Assembly (NCBI GenBank): GCA_965197725.1
Contig: CBDANQ010000061.1
Span: 1-64,000 of the forward strand
Origin: Longimicrobiales bacterium
Lineage (GTDB): Bacteria; Gemmatimonadota; Gemmatimonadetes; Longimicrobiales; Gaopeijiaceae
Length of the DNA: 64,000 bases
Direction of reading: 5' to 3'
In this document: piece by piece, positions 52,400 through 61,465 of the stretch
How positions within the stretch are numbered: position 1 is the stretch's first letter
Layout: each line of letters opens with the position of its first letter
Notes under the pieces: generated by a model
What the model was told of the DNA's origin: nothing
The model's input: only the letters and a program-made list of their open reading frames with translations
The model's database searches: none
Made by a program: the position numbers and the translations under genes

Positions 52400-53893
52400 A
52401 TGAGGAACCGGGCGGGGGCGATCGGTCTCATCGCCGCGGTGGCCGCGCTACCTCTAGCGGCCCAGGAAGCGGTCCCGAAGAGCCTTTCTTTGGCGGACGC
52501 GCTCGAGATCGCACGTGGCAACAACCCGAGTTTCCTGCAGGCTCGTAACGACGAAGCGCTCGCTGATTGGGACGTGCGTGAAGCGTACGGGGCGCTGCTG
52601 CCGACGGCGTTCGCGGGCTCGGGCGTCTCCTGGCAAGGGGCCGGCGAGCAGCGGTTCGGAAGCCTGACGCTCGGGGACCTGGGCTTCGGCGGCCAGCCGT
52701 CGTACTACTTCTCGAACTACAACCTCAGCCTGAACTTCTCGCTCGACTGGGCTAAGCTGAAGGCGCCGTCACAGGCGCGGGCCCAGCGCGGAGCCACCGT
52801 CGCCCAGATCAGGGTTGCGGAGGCGAATCTCACCTCGCAGATGACCAACGCCTATGTCGACTTGCTTCGACAGCAGGAGGGCCTGCGGCTCGCCGAACAA
52901 CAGCTCGAGAGCAGCCGATTCAATCTGCGGCTGGCGCAGGGCCAACTGGAAGTAGGTCAGGTGACCCCGATCGATGTCGGTCAGGCGGAGGTTCAGGTCG
53001 GACGCTCGGAGGTCGTAGAACTTCAGGCGCGCAACCTGCTCTCCACAGCCCGCATCAGAGTCCTCCAGCGGCTCGGTCTGCCCGTGAGCCAGGACTTCGA
53101 GCTGTCGACGGTGTTCGAACTCTCCGAGCCGTCGTGGACGCTCGAGCAACTCACCGACATGGCCCTGAGGCTGAACCCCACGCTCGAAGCTAGGCGGCGC
53201 TCGAAGGAATCTGCCGACATCGGGGTCAGCTCGGCGCGTTCGGCGTACCTACCTTCCCTGTCGATCTCAACGGGATGGAGCGGATTCACGCGCCAAGCGA
53301 GCTCGACGGACTTCCAGGTCGCTCAGTCCGAGGCTCAGATAGCTAGATCCGTCGCTCAGTGTGTCCAGGCGAACAACCTGTACTCGCGGCTCGCCGACCC
53401 GCTGCCCTCCCTCGATTGCTCGCGCTTCGTGTTCACGGACGCCCAGCGGCGGTCCATCACCGACCAGAACAGCGCGTTTCCGTTCAAATTCGAGCGCTCT
53501 CCACCGAGTGTGTCGCTGGGCCTGAGCATTCCGATCTTCCAGGGCCTGAGCCGCCACAGGAACCTCGAGGCAGCCCGACTTCAGAGAGACGATCTGGGGT
53601 ATCAGGTCCGCGAGCAGGAATTGGCGCTCGATGCCGACATCTCCATAGGGCTTGCGAACGTGCGCACAGCGTATCAGAGCGCCTTGCTGGAAGAACGAAA
53701 CCGGGCGCTCGCGGAGCAGCAGTTGAGCCTCGCGCGGGAACGCTACCGGTTGAGCGCGATCACGTTCATCGAGCTCGTCGACGCGCAGACCGTATTCACA
53801 CAAGCGGACCGAGACCGAGTCATCGCGGTTTTCGCCTATCACGACACCGTGACCCGTCTGGAGGCGCTCGTGGGCTCCTCTCTCAGAAACTAG
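52400..53893 (+). CDS. TolC family outer membrane protein
   Basis: LSLADALEIARGNNP, SAYLPSLS, LSIPIFQG, ARERYRL. Confidence 0.92.
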   Translation: MRNRAGAIGLIAAVAALPLAAQEAVPKSLSLADALEIARGNNPSFLQARNDEALADWDVREAYGALLPTAFAGSGVSWQGAGEQRFGSLTLGDLGFGGQPSYYFSNYNLSLNFSLDWAKLKAPSQARAQRGATVAQIRVAEANLTSQMTNAYVDLLRQQEGLRLAEQQLESSRFNLRLAQGQLEVGQVTPIDVGQAEVQVGRSEVVELQARNLLSTARIRVLQRLGLPVSQDFELSTVFELSEPSWTLEQLTDMALRLNPTLEARRRSKESADIGVSSARSAYLPSLSISTGWSGFTRQASSTDFQVAQSEAQIARSVAQCVQANNLYSRLADPLPSLDCSRFVFTDAQRRSITDQNSAFPFKFERSPPSVSLGLSIPIFQGLSRHRNLEAARLQRDDLGYQVREQELALDADISIGLANVRTAYQSALLEERNRALAEQQLSLARERYRLSAITFIELVDAQTVFTQADRDRVIAVFAYHDTVTRLEALVGSSLRN

Positions 53894-53898
53894 AGGCC

Positions 53899-55140
53899 AT
53901 GAATCGCAAGACGAAAATCATCGTCGGTGTCCTAGTCATTCTCGTGCTCGGCACCGCCGCCGCGATCCAGGCGAACCGAGGGCGCACGAGAGGCATAGAG
54001 GTGCGGACCGAGGAAATCGAGCTCAGAGACCTCGTCGAGGTCGTGACCGCGAGTGGGAACATCCGCGCGCGGCGCACGGTCGACGTCAGCTCAGACGTCT
54101 CCGCGAAAGTCGTGGAACTCCTGATCGACGAAGGCGAGGACGTCGTGCGGGGGCAGCTCCTTCTCCGGCTCGAGCCCGATCAGTACCAGGCTGCGGTCTC
54201 TCGTAACGAAGCTTCTCTGGCCCAGGCCGAGGCACAGCAGACACAGCAGGAGGCCAACCTCTTGCAGGCCCAGCGCGACCTCGATCGCTTGCTCAATCTC
54301 AGGGCTCGCGACTCCGTGCTCGTCAGTGGGCTGCAGGTCGACGACGCACGTACGCGCGTCGACGTCGCCCTGGCGACGCTCTCCTCCTCACAACACGGCG
54401 TCGCGCAATGGCGCGCATCGGTCGACGAGGCCGAGGAGCAGCTCTCCAAGACGATCTTCCGAGCCCCCATGGACGGCAAAGTCACGCGCCTGAACGTCGA
54501 GGAAGGCGAGACCGTCATCATCGGGACGATGAACAACCCCGGGAGCCTCGTGCTCACGATCTCCGACCTCTCGGTCATCGAGGTGGTTGTGCAGGTCGAT
54601 GAGACCGATGTTCCGGCGATCTCCGTCGGTGACAGCGCCACGATCCGCATCGACGCCTTCGGTGACGCCGAGTTCACAGGGCGCGTCACCGAGATCGGCA
54701 ACTCGGCAATCAACCCTCCAGCTCGGCAGGCCGCCGGCCAGCAGGCTGCGATCGACTTCGAGGTCGTGCTCACGCTCGACCTGAACGAGGCACCTCTTAG
54801 GCCTGATCTTTCGGCCACCGCCGACATCGTCACGGAATCGCGCTGGAACGCGCTCGCCGTGCCGATCATCGCCCTGACGGTGCGAGAGGAGGAACGTGAT
54901 TCGACCGAAGCCGACTTCTCCGAGGACGACGAGGTCGACGACCTCGAGGGAGTCTTCATCGTGAGCGATCGGACGGTGACATTCACCCCCGTCGAGGTCG
55001 GCATCGCGGGTGAGGAGTACTTCGAGATTCTCTCCGGCATCAGCGTTGGGGACACAGTCGTAGCGGGACCGTACCAGAGGATCCGACGACTCAGCGACGG
55101 TGATGCGGTGCGTAGCAGCGACGGACCGGTCATCAATTGA
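53899..55140 (+). CDS. Efflux periplasmic adaptor (MacA-like MFP)
   Basis: N-terminal TM; VTASGNI, IFRAPMDGKV, VDETDV. Confidence 0.92.
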   Translation: MNRKTKIIVGVLVILVLGTAAAIQANRGRTRGIEVRTEEIELRDLVEVVTASGNIRARRTVDVSSDVSAKVVELLIDEGEDVVRGQLLLRLEPDQYQAAVSRNEASLAQAEAQQTQQEANLLQAQRDLDRLLNLRARDSVLVSGLQVDDARTRVDVALATLSSSQHGVAQWRASVDEAEEQLSKTIFRAPMDGKVTRLNVEEGETVIIGTMNNPGSLVLTISDLSVIEVVVQVDETDVPAISVGDSATIRIDAFGDAEFTGRVTEIGNSAINPPARQAAGQQAAIDFEVVLTLDLNEAPLRPDLSATADIVTESRWNALAVPIIALTVREEERDSTEADFSEDDEVDDLEGVFIVSDRTVTFTPVEVGIAGEEYFEILSGISVGDTVVAGPYQRIRRLSDGDAVRSSDGPVIN

Positions 55141-55176
55141 CGGACAGACACTAAGGCACCCGAAGAGAGGCGGACC

Positions 55177-56418
55177 GTGCAGATCTGGGAGGGTGTCACG
55201 CTCGCGATGAACCAGCTGTGCACCGAGAAGCTGAAGACGTTCTTCAGCCTGCTCGGGGTGATCATGGGCGTCATGTTCCTCATCGTCGTCGTGACGGTCG
55301 TGGAGGGCCTCGACCGGTACGTTCGCGAGGAGATCACGTCTCAGGTCTTCGGCATCAACACCGTCACGGTCCGGCGCTGGCCCGAGTCCGACGTAAACTC
55401 CAACGAGGAGGTTTGGAGGGAGCGCCTGAGAAGCCCGCGGCTCCGATACTCGGACGCGGACGCCATCCGCGCGCAACTCACGATTCCGGCACGCATCGCG
55501 GTAGAGAGCAGCAGGAGTACCGACGCCATCGGCGACAACGGTCGCACGGCGACCGGGGTCCGAGTCACCGGTGCCTCCCCCGAGGTGTTTCCCGTCCGCA
55601 ACCTAACAATCGCGCGAGGCCGGGCCTTCACCCAGCAGGAGGCCGGCCGTGGAATCCCTGTCCTGGTGCTCGGCAAGGAGACCGCCGAGGTCGTGTTCGA
55701 GGACCTTGACCCCATCGGGCGAACCGTACGACTGCGCGGCTTCCCCTATCGCGTCATCGGAGTGCTGGAGGAGCGCGGCTCCATTTTCGGCCAGTCGCTC
55801 GACAACTTCGCGATGGCTCCAGCGCGATCGCCGATTCAGTCGATCACGAACCCCCGGGGAGTCATTGACGAAGTTATCATCCAGGCGCTCGACCCCGACC
55901 GGGTCCGGGAGATCCAGCTCGAGGTGGAGGGGATCATGCGGTCGCGCCGACAATTGAGGCCGCATCAGGCGAACAACTTCGGGGCGGAGACCGCCGAAGA
56001 CGCGATCAGTTTCTGGGACAACATCTCGCGCATCCTCTTCACCACTCTGCCAGGCCTGGTGGCGATCTCGCTGGTGGTGGGAGGGATCGTGATCATGAAC
56101 ATCATGCTGGTCTCGGTCATGGAGCGAACCCGCGAGATCGGAGTGCGCAAGGCACTCGGAGCTCGGCGGCGCGACATCTTGGTGCAGGTGCTCGTCGAAG
56201 CGGTAACCCTGTCCACCGTGGGTGCGATGTTCGGCGTTGCCGCGGGACTCGGGATCGCGACCCTCCTCGCCGCCATGTCTCCGCTCCCGGCCGCCGTGAG
56301 CGCGAAATGGATCATCGTGGGGGTGGGCCTCGGCATGTCGGTGGGCATCACGGCGGGCGTGTATCCGGCCACACAGGCATCGAAACTCAGCCCCGTCGAC
56401 GCGCTCCGTTATGAGTGA
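55177..56418 (+). CDS. ABC transporter permease (MacB/FtsX family)
   Basis: VGGIVIMNIMLVSVMERTREIGVRKALGA, PVDALRYE. Confidence 0.94.
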   Translation: MQIWEGVTLAMNQLCTEKLKTFFSLLGVIMGVMFLIVVVTVVEGLDRYVREEITSQVFGINTVTVRRWPESDVNSNEEVWRERLRSPRLRYSDADAIRAQLTIPARIAVESSRSTDAIGDNGRTATGVRVTGASPEVFPVRNLTIARGRAFTQQEAGRGIPVLVLGKETAEVVFEDLDPIGRTVRLRGFPYRVIGVLEERGSIFGQSLDNFAMAPARSPIQSITNPRGVIDEVIIQALDPDRVREIQLEVEGIMRSRRQLRPHQANNFGAETAEDAISFWDNISRILFTTLPGLVAISLVVGGIVIMNIMLVSVMERTREIGVRKALGARRRDILVQVLVEAVTLSTVGAMFGVAAGLGIATLLAAMSPLPAAVSAKWIIVGVGLGMSVGITAGVYPATQASKLSPVDALRYE

Positions 56419-57700
56419 AAAGCCGGCGCTCCCGGGCACCTCCGGTCTGACTTCCCTTAACGAGGGCCTGCTGATCGCGTTCGGCGCGATGCGCGCCAAC
56501 GCTATCCGCTCGGGTCTCACGATCCTGGGAGTGGCCGTCGGCGTTTCGGTCGTGGTGGCGCTCGCGGCGCTCATCACGGGCATCCGCACGAGCGTCATGG
56601 AAGCGTTCGAGGCGGGCGGGCCCAACAACTTCGTCGTGATGCGCTTCGACTTCACCGCCGTGCGCCTTTCGGACGCCGGCAACCACCGCCCCCCCTGGTG
56701 GAACAAGCCCGAGCTGCTGCCGGCCGAGGCCGAACGCCTCAACCGCTTGCCGACCGTCGAGGCGGCGATGTTCACTTTCCCGTTCTCCATCGATATGGAC
56801 TTCGACGGGCACACGGTCCGCAGTATTCAGACGAGCGGGTACTCGGCTGGATGGCCGGCCTATACCCCCGGGGACTTTGTCGCCGGCCGTGACTTCACGC
56901 CGGCCGAGGTCGACCAGAACCGTGCCGTCGCGGTGATTTCAGGGGAGCTAGCGACCGAACTCTTCGGTGAACGAGACCCGATCGGGCGACGGGTGCGCAT
57001 GCTCAACCGCTGGCGCGGGACTCAGGAGCCGTTCAGGGTGGTCGGCGTGTTCACACCTGCGGAAAACATCTTCTCGGGTGCGTTCAGGCATTTTGCGATC
57101 GTACCGCATACGGCAGCGAGGCGGCGGCTACGTCAAAGCCCCGAGATGGCCCAGATCGTAGTCGTGCCGAAGGACTCCGTGACGTTCGAGCGCGCCCAGG
57201 ACGACGTCATCGCCGCGATGCGCGGGATGCGCGGCCTGGGTCCGCGTGAGGAGAACGACTTCGCGACGATCGCGTCGGCTCAGATCCTGGATCTCTTCAA
57301 TCAGCTCACCGCCGTCTTCTTCCTAGTGATGATGGCGCTCTCCTCGACCGGTGTCCTCGTGGGCGGCATAGGAGTCATCGGCATCATGCTCATCAGCGTT
57401 ACGGAGCGCACCCGAGAGATCGGAATTCGGAAGGCCGTGGGCGCCACTCGCAGAGAGATCTTGTGGCAGTTCCTCGTGGAAGCCTCCGCGATGACCGCGC
57501 TGGGGGCACTCCTGGGCATGCTCATGGGATGGGGCCTGGCGTCCGCGGTGGCCGCGTGGACTCCTCTGCCCGCCAGAATCCCCGTCTGGGCCATCTTTAC
57601 CGCGCTCGCGATGGCCTCTTTGACGGGTATGCTGTTCGGGCTGCATCCCGCGCTACGGGCAAGCCGCATGGACCCGGTGGAAGCTCTGAGGTTCGAGTGA
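56411..57700 (+). CDS. ABC transporter permease (MacB/FtsX family)
   Basis: VGGIGVIGIMLISVTERTREIGIRKAVGA, DPVEALRFE. Confidence 0.94.
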   Translation: MSEKPALPGTSGLTSLNEGLLIAFGAMRANAIRSGLTILGVAVGVSVVVALAALITGIRTSVMEAFEAGGPNNFVVMRFDFTAVRLSDAGNHRPPWWNKPELLPAEAERLNRLPTVEAAMFTFPFSIDMDFDGHTVRSIQTSGYSAGWPAYTPGDFVAGRDFTPAEVDQNRAVAVISGELATELFGERDPIGRRVRMLNRWRGTQEPFRVVGVFTPAENIFSGAFRHFAIVPHTAARRRLRQSPEMAQIVVVPKDSVTFERAQDDVIAAMRGMRGLGPREENDFATIASAQILDLFNQLTAVFFLVMMALSSTGVLVGGIGVIGIMLISVTERTREIGIRKAVGATRREILWQFLVEASAMTALGALLGMLMGWGLASAVAAWTPLPARIPVWAIFTALAMASLTGMLFGLHPALRASRMDPVEALRFE

Positions 57701-57701
57701 A

Positions 57702-57734
57702 GGTGGCGGCTCGCCCCCCTTTCCGATCACCCTT
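57702..57734 (-). repeat. Solo copy of the MITE-like terminal repeat
   Basis: GGTGGCGGCTCGCCCCCCTTTCCGATCACCCTT followed by CTAA overlapping the bshB1 ATG. Confidence 0.8.
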
Positions 57735-57737
57735 CTA

Positions 57738-58463
57738 ATGGGCAGGGAGCTTGACCTCCTGGTCATCATGGCCCACCCCGACGATGCGGAACTCCTCTGC
57801 GGGGGCGCCCTCATCAAGAGCACCGCCGCCGGAAATCGAGTCGGCGTTCTCGACCTCACGGATGGCGAGATGGGCAGCTCCGGATCGATCGAGCAGCGCG
57901 CCCGGGAGGCCGCTCGAGCAGCCGAGATCATGGGGCTCACGGAACGACGGAACGCGGGACTTCCCGATGCGGCGCTCAAGAACGACAACGAGTCCCGCCT
58001 CATCGTCGCGGAGCATCTCAGGGCACTCCGGCCGAGGGTCGTCGTCACACATTGGAAGGTCGGCCGCCACCGGGACCACCGGATCGCGAGCGAGCTCGTG
58101 CGGGATGCTTGCTTCTTGAGCGCACTCAAGAAGCTCGACGTCCCGGGTGAGCCGTTTCGTCCCACGAAGCTCATCCACGCGACCGCGTTCCGCGAAGACG
58201 CCGGCCCCCCCGACTTCGTCGTTGACATCAGCGAACACATCGATGCGAAGCTCGAGGCGATCAACGCCTATGAGTCTCAGTTCGAAGGCGTCAGCCAGGC
58301 GGGCGAGGCGTTCCCCGGCGGTGACCGACCGCTGGTCGATCAGATCCGTGCCCAACTCGCGCACTACGGGTCCCTGATTCGGGTCCCGTACGGCGAGCCC
58401 TTTCGCGTCGACGAGGCACTCGAGGTCGGCGACCTCGCCGAGCTAGGAGTGTCGACGTTCTGA
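57738..58463 (+). CDS. bshB1: Bacillithiol biosynthesis deacetylase BshB1 (PIG-L family)
   Basis: AHPDDAELLCGG, DLTDGEMGS, RHRDH, AYESQF, YGEPF. Confidence 0.85.
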   Translation: MGRELDLLVIMAHPDDAELLCGGALIKSTAAGNRVGVLDLTDGEMGSSGSIEQRAREAARAAEIMGLTERRNAGLPDAALKNDNESRLIVAEHLRALRPRVVVTHWKVGRHRDHRIASELVRDACFLSALKKLDVPGEPFRPTKLIHATAFREDAGPPDFVVDISEHIDAKLEAINAYESQFEGVSQAGEAFPGGDRPLVDQIRAQLAHYGSLIRVPYGEPFRVDEALEVGDLAELGVSTF

Positions 58464-58806
58464 TCAGGTCGTCCGACACACGACCTCGAGTAGGACGCGC
58501 CGCCACGAGGGTACCTCAGCGCCTCTCACCCGCAGGGCCCGTGCTTCCACGACCCCACCCCCGTCGCATCCACGGCCAGAGCCATTGAGCGATTTCGGGC
58601 GGCAGGTGTCCGATTGGATCACCCGACGTGAGGTGTACCCAGACTTCGGGGTTGTCCTGCACAGGCGGGTCGGCGACCAGGTGCAGCGTATCGCCGTCAC
58701 TCACCGTATCCACGTGACGGTCTCGACCCGCGAACACCGTCCCGTGCACTGTCGACCGGAAGCGGTTGGGCGGGTCGTCGGGAAGCGGCGGTGAAGATCG
58801 CGTCAT
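58464..58806 (-). CDS. Stand-alone HIRAN-domain protein, frameshift near 58558
   Basis: STVHGTVFAGR...LHLVADP...IGHLPPEIA, continuing in another frame as VVEARALRVRGAEVPSWRRVLLEV. Confidence 0.7.
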
Positions 58807-58895
58807 TCAGTCGGGAGTCGGCGCATGGTTCGAGGGAACGCAAAAACGTCGTTAAGTTATGGCACGCGCAACTGACAGCAACTGGCGCCTTCTAG

Positions 58896-59175
58896 AAGGG
58901 TGATCGGAAGGGGGGGCCGCGCGACGCACGCCGTACGGCGTGGGTACCCCACGCTTGCGCGCGTTCAGGGAAGGAACGACGAGGAGTCGTAGCCGAGCGG
59001 GCACCGCCGCCGAAGGCGGTGGTCCGACGAGGAGAGACGATGGATCAACCGCGCGGGCACCGACGTGAAGCGTTGGTCGCCATGTGCCCAACACCAGGAT
59101 GAAATGAACAGACGTGTCTGTGGGTTGCGGTGGCACGGCCCTATCTCCTGCCCGCCCCCCCTTCCGATCACCCTT
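58896..59175. mobile_element. 280-bp MITE-like element
   Basis: Perfect 22-bp TIR AAGGGTGATCGGAAGGGGGGGC; flanked by CTAG (58892-58895) and TTAG (59176-59179); no credible ORF. Confidence 0.65.
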
Positions 59176-59201
59176 TTAGCCCTCCTCCGCGGCTGACACG
59201 G

Positions 59202-60361
59202 ATGCACCCCGTCTACTTCGACTACGCCGCGACGACGCCGATGCGCCAGAGGTACGAGAGGCGATGGATCCCTACCTCTCCGATACGTTCGGTAACCCCT
59301 CCAGTCTGCATCGATGGGGTCGAAAGGCCTCCGCGGCGCTGGAGGAGGCGCGCGCCGTCGCCGCCAAAGCCCTCGGCTCGCAACCGGGCGAGATCTTCTT
59401 CACACGGGGCGGCACCGAGTCCGATAACCTCGCGGTCCTGGGCCGCTGCCGAGCGATCTCCCACGAGGGCGGCATGCCCACGCTGGTGATCAGCGCCGTC
59501 GAACACCACGCCGTGTACGACACCGCTCGCTGGGCAGATTCGAGGGGGGAGCTCCGGCTGGTGATCCTCCCGGTCCACCTGGACGGAACCATCGATCTAG
59601 ACCCCCTTCGCGTGGTATTGAAAGACGGACCGACTGTGGTGTCCGTCATGTGGGTGAACAACGAGATCGGCTTGTTGCTCCCGGTTCCGGAGATCGCCAC
59701 GCTGGTAGAGGAGCTCGGGGGCACGTTCCACACCGACGCGGTACAGGCGATCGGGAAGGTGCCGGTGTCGACGACCTACCCGGGTATCCGCCTCCTCACG
59801 GCGACCGCGCACAAGATCTGTGGACCGAGGGGAACCGGGCTGCTCTACGTACGAGAGGGAACAGAGATCACGCCTCTTCTCTTTGGTGGCGGCCAGGAAG
59901 GGGCACTGCGTCCGGGGACTGAGGACGTAGCGGGCGCCATCGGGTTTGCGACCGCACTCCGCCTGGCCGTTGAAGAGCAGCCCGAGGAGGCGATGCGCCT
60001 CGGGGCACTGCGGGACGCATTCGAGAACCGCGTACTAGCTCAGATCGACGACGTGCGGATCAACGCGGGCCGAGCGCGGCGGAGCCCGAGCATCTCCAGC
60101 CTGGGGATCGATGGGGCGGACGGTGGCTTGTTGCTCAACGCGCTCGACCTCGAAGGCGTCGCCACCTCCGGCGGGTCGGCGTGCGCGAGCGGCAGTAGCG
60201 CGGTAAGCCACGTGATCAGCGCGCTATTCGGTCCGGACGATACGAAGGCGACAGTGCGATTCTCGATGGGTCGACATTCGAGCGAAGCGGACGTGTCGCG
60301 AGCGGTGGCGGTGCTCGCGGAAGTTGTCGGACGGGTACGCGGGCTCGAAGAGGTGTCATGA
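59202..60361 (+). CDS. Cysteine desulfurase (IscS/NifS family), 1-bp frameshift near 59246
   Basis: YFDYAATTP in one frame, then FGNPSSLH, HTDAVQA, AHKICGP, SGGSACASG; coupled to mnmA. Confidence 0.92.
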
Positions 60362-61464
60362 GTCGCGTTCTGGTCGCGATGTCCGGCGGCGTCGATTCCT
60401 CCGTGGCCGCCGCACTCCTCGTGGACGCGGGGCACGAGGTCGTCGGCGTGACGATGAAGACGTTCTGCTACTCGGATACACCCGCCCACTCCAAGACGTG
60501 CTGTGGGCTCGACGGGATCCTGGACGCGAAGCGCGTTGCGGACGCGCTCGGGATTCCACACTACGTCTTCGACGTGGAGGAGGACTTCACTCGTGACGTG
60601 ATCGACGACTTCGTGTCCGAGTACGCCCAGGGCCGCACACCGAACCCCTGCGTGAATTGCAACAGCAACACCAAGTTCAAGGATCTCCTGGCCCGCGGGC
60701 AGGCGCTCGGTTGTGACTGGATCGCGTCGGGGCACTACGTGCGGATCGAACACGCGCCAGCGGGATCATCCTTGCGGCGAGGGCTCGATCCGGACAAGGA
60801 CCAGTCCTACTTCCTTTGGGCGATGCCTCGGTCCCTGCTTCCCACATTGCTCTTTCCGGTTGGCGAGCTGACCAAGAGCGCCGTGCGAGCCCACGCGCGC
60901 GAGCTCGCGCTCATCACGGCCGACAAGCCCGAGTCCCAAGAGATCTGTTTCGTGCCAAGCGGGAACTACCGAGATCTACTGGAAAAGCGTTTGAGCCCCG
61001 TGCATCCGGCGCTTCAGCCGGGTCCCATCGTGCGCCGGAGCGGAGAAGTCGTCGGTGAGCACAATGGATACGCGAGCTTCACCGTCGGACAGCGGAAGGG
61101 TCTGCGCGGAGGGTTCTCAGAGCCGATGTTCGTTCTGCGGATCCGCGCACCTGAGCGAGAGGTCGTAGTCGGTACTCGGGACGAACTGTTCGAGGACGTC
61201 GTCGACATCGGGGGGCTGAACTGGTTGGGGCAGCCCCCGGCCGTCGGAGAACGGGTGAACGCCCAGCTTCGTTACCGAGCTCCAGCCGTGCCGGCGATCG
61301 TCACCCGGATCGACGACTCCTTGACGCTCGAGTTAGCCGAACCGCGGATCGCGGTCACGCCAGGGCAGTCGGCGGTGCTCTTCGACGATAACGAGCGCGT
61401 ATTTGGCGGCGGAAGGATCGTAGCGGCATCGACACGAACGAAGCGTGTAGCGACGGGCTTCTAA
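60358..61464 (+). CDS. mnmA: tRNA 2-thiouridine(34) synthase
   Basis: AMSGGVDSS, TPNPCVNCN, KDQSYFL, ESQEICF, TVGQRKG, VTPGQ. Confidence 0.97.
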   Translation: MSRVLVAMSGGVDSSVAAALLVDAGHEVVGVTMKTFCYSDTPAHSKTCCGLDGILDAKRVADALGIPHYVFDVEEDFTRDVIDDFVSEYAQGRTPNPCVNCNSNTKFKDLLARGQALGCDWIASGHYVRIEHAPAGSSLRRGLDPDKDQSYFLWAMPRSLLPTLLFPVGELTKSAVRAHARELALITADKPESQEICFVPSGNYRDLLEKRLSPVHPALQPGPIVRRSGEVVGEHNGYASFTVGQRKGLRGGFSEPMFVLRIRAPEREVVVGTRDELFEDVVDIGGLNWLGQPPAVGERVNAQLRYRAPAVPAIVTRIDDSLTLELAEPRIAVTPGQSAVLFDDNERVFGGGRIVAASTRTKRVATGF

Positions 61465-61465
61465 G

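Noticed and set aside
58896..59175. RNase P, tmRNA or SRP RNA
   Set aside because: Lacks the RNase P GAGGAAAGTCC motif, tRNA-like ends and the SRP core; the end sequence recurs elsewhere like a repeat.
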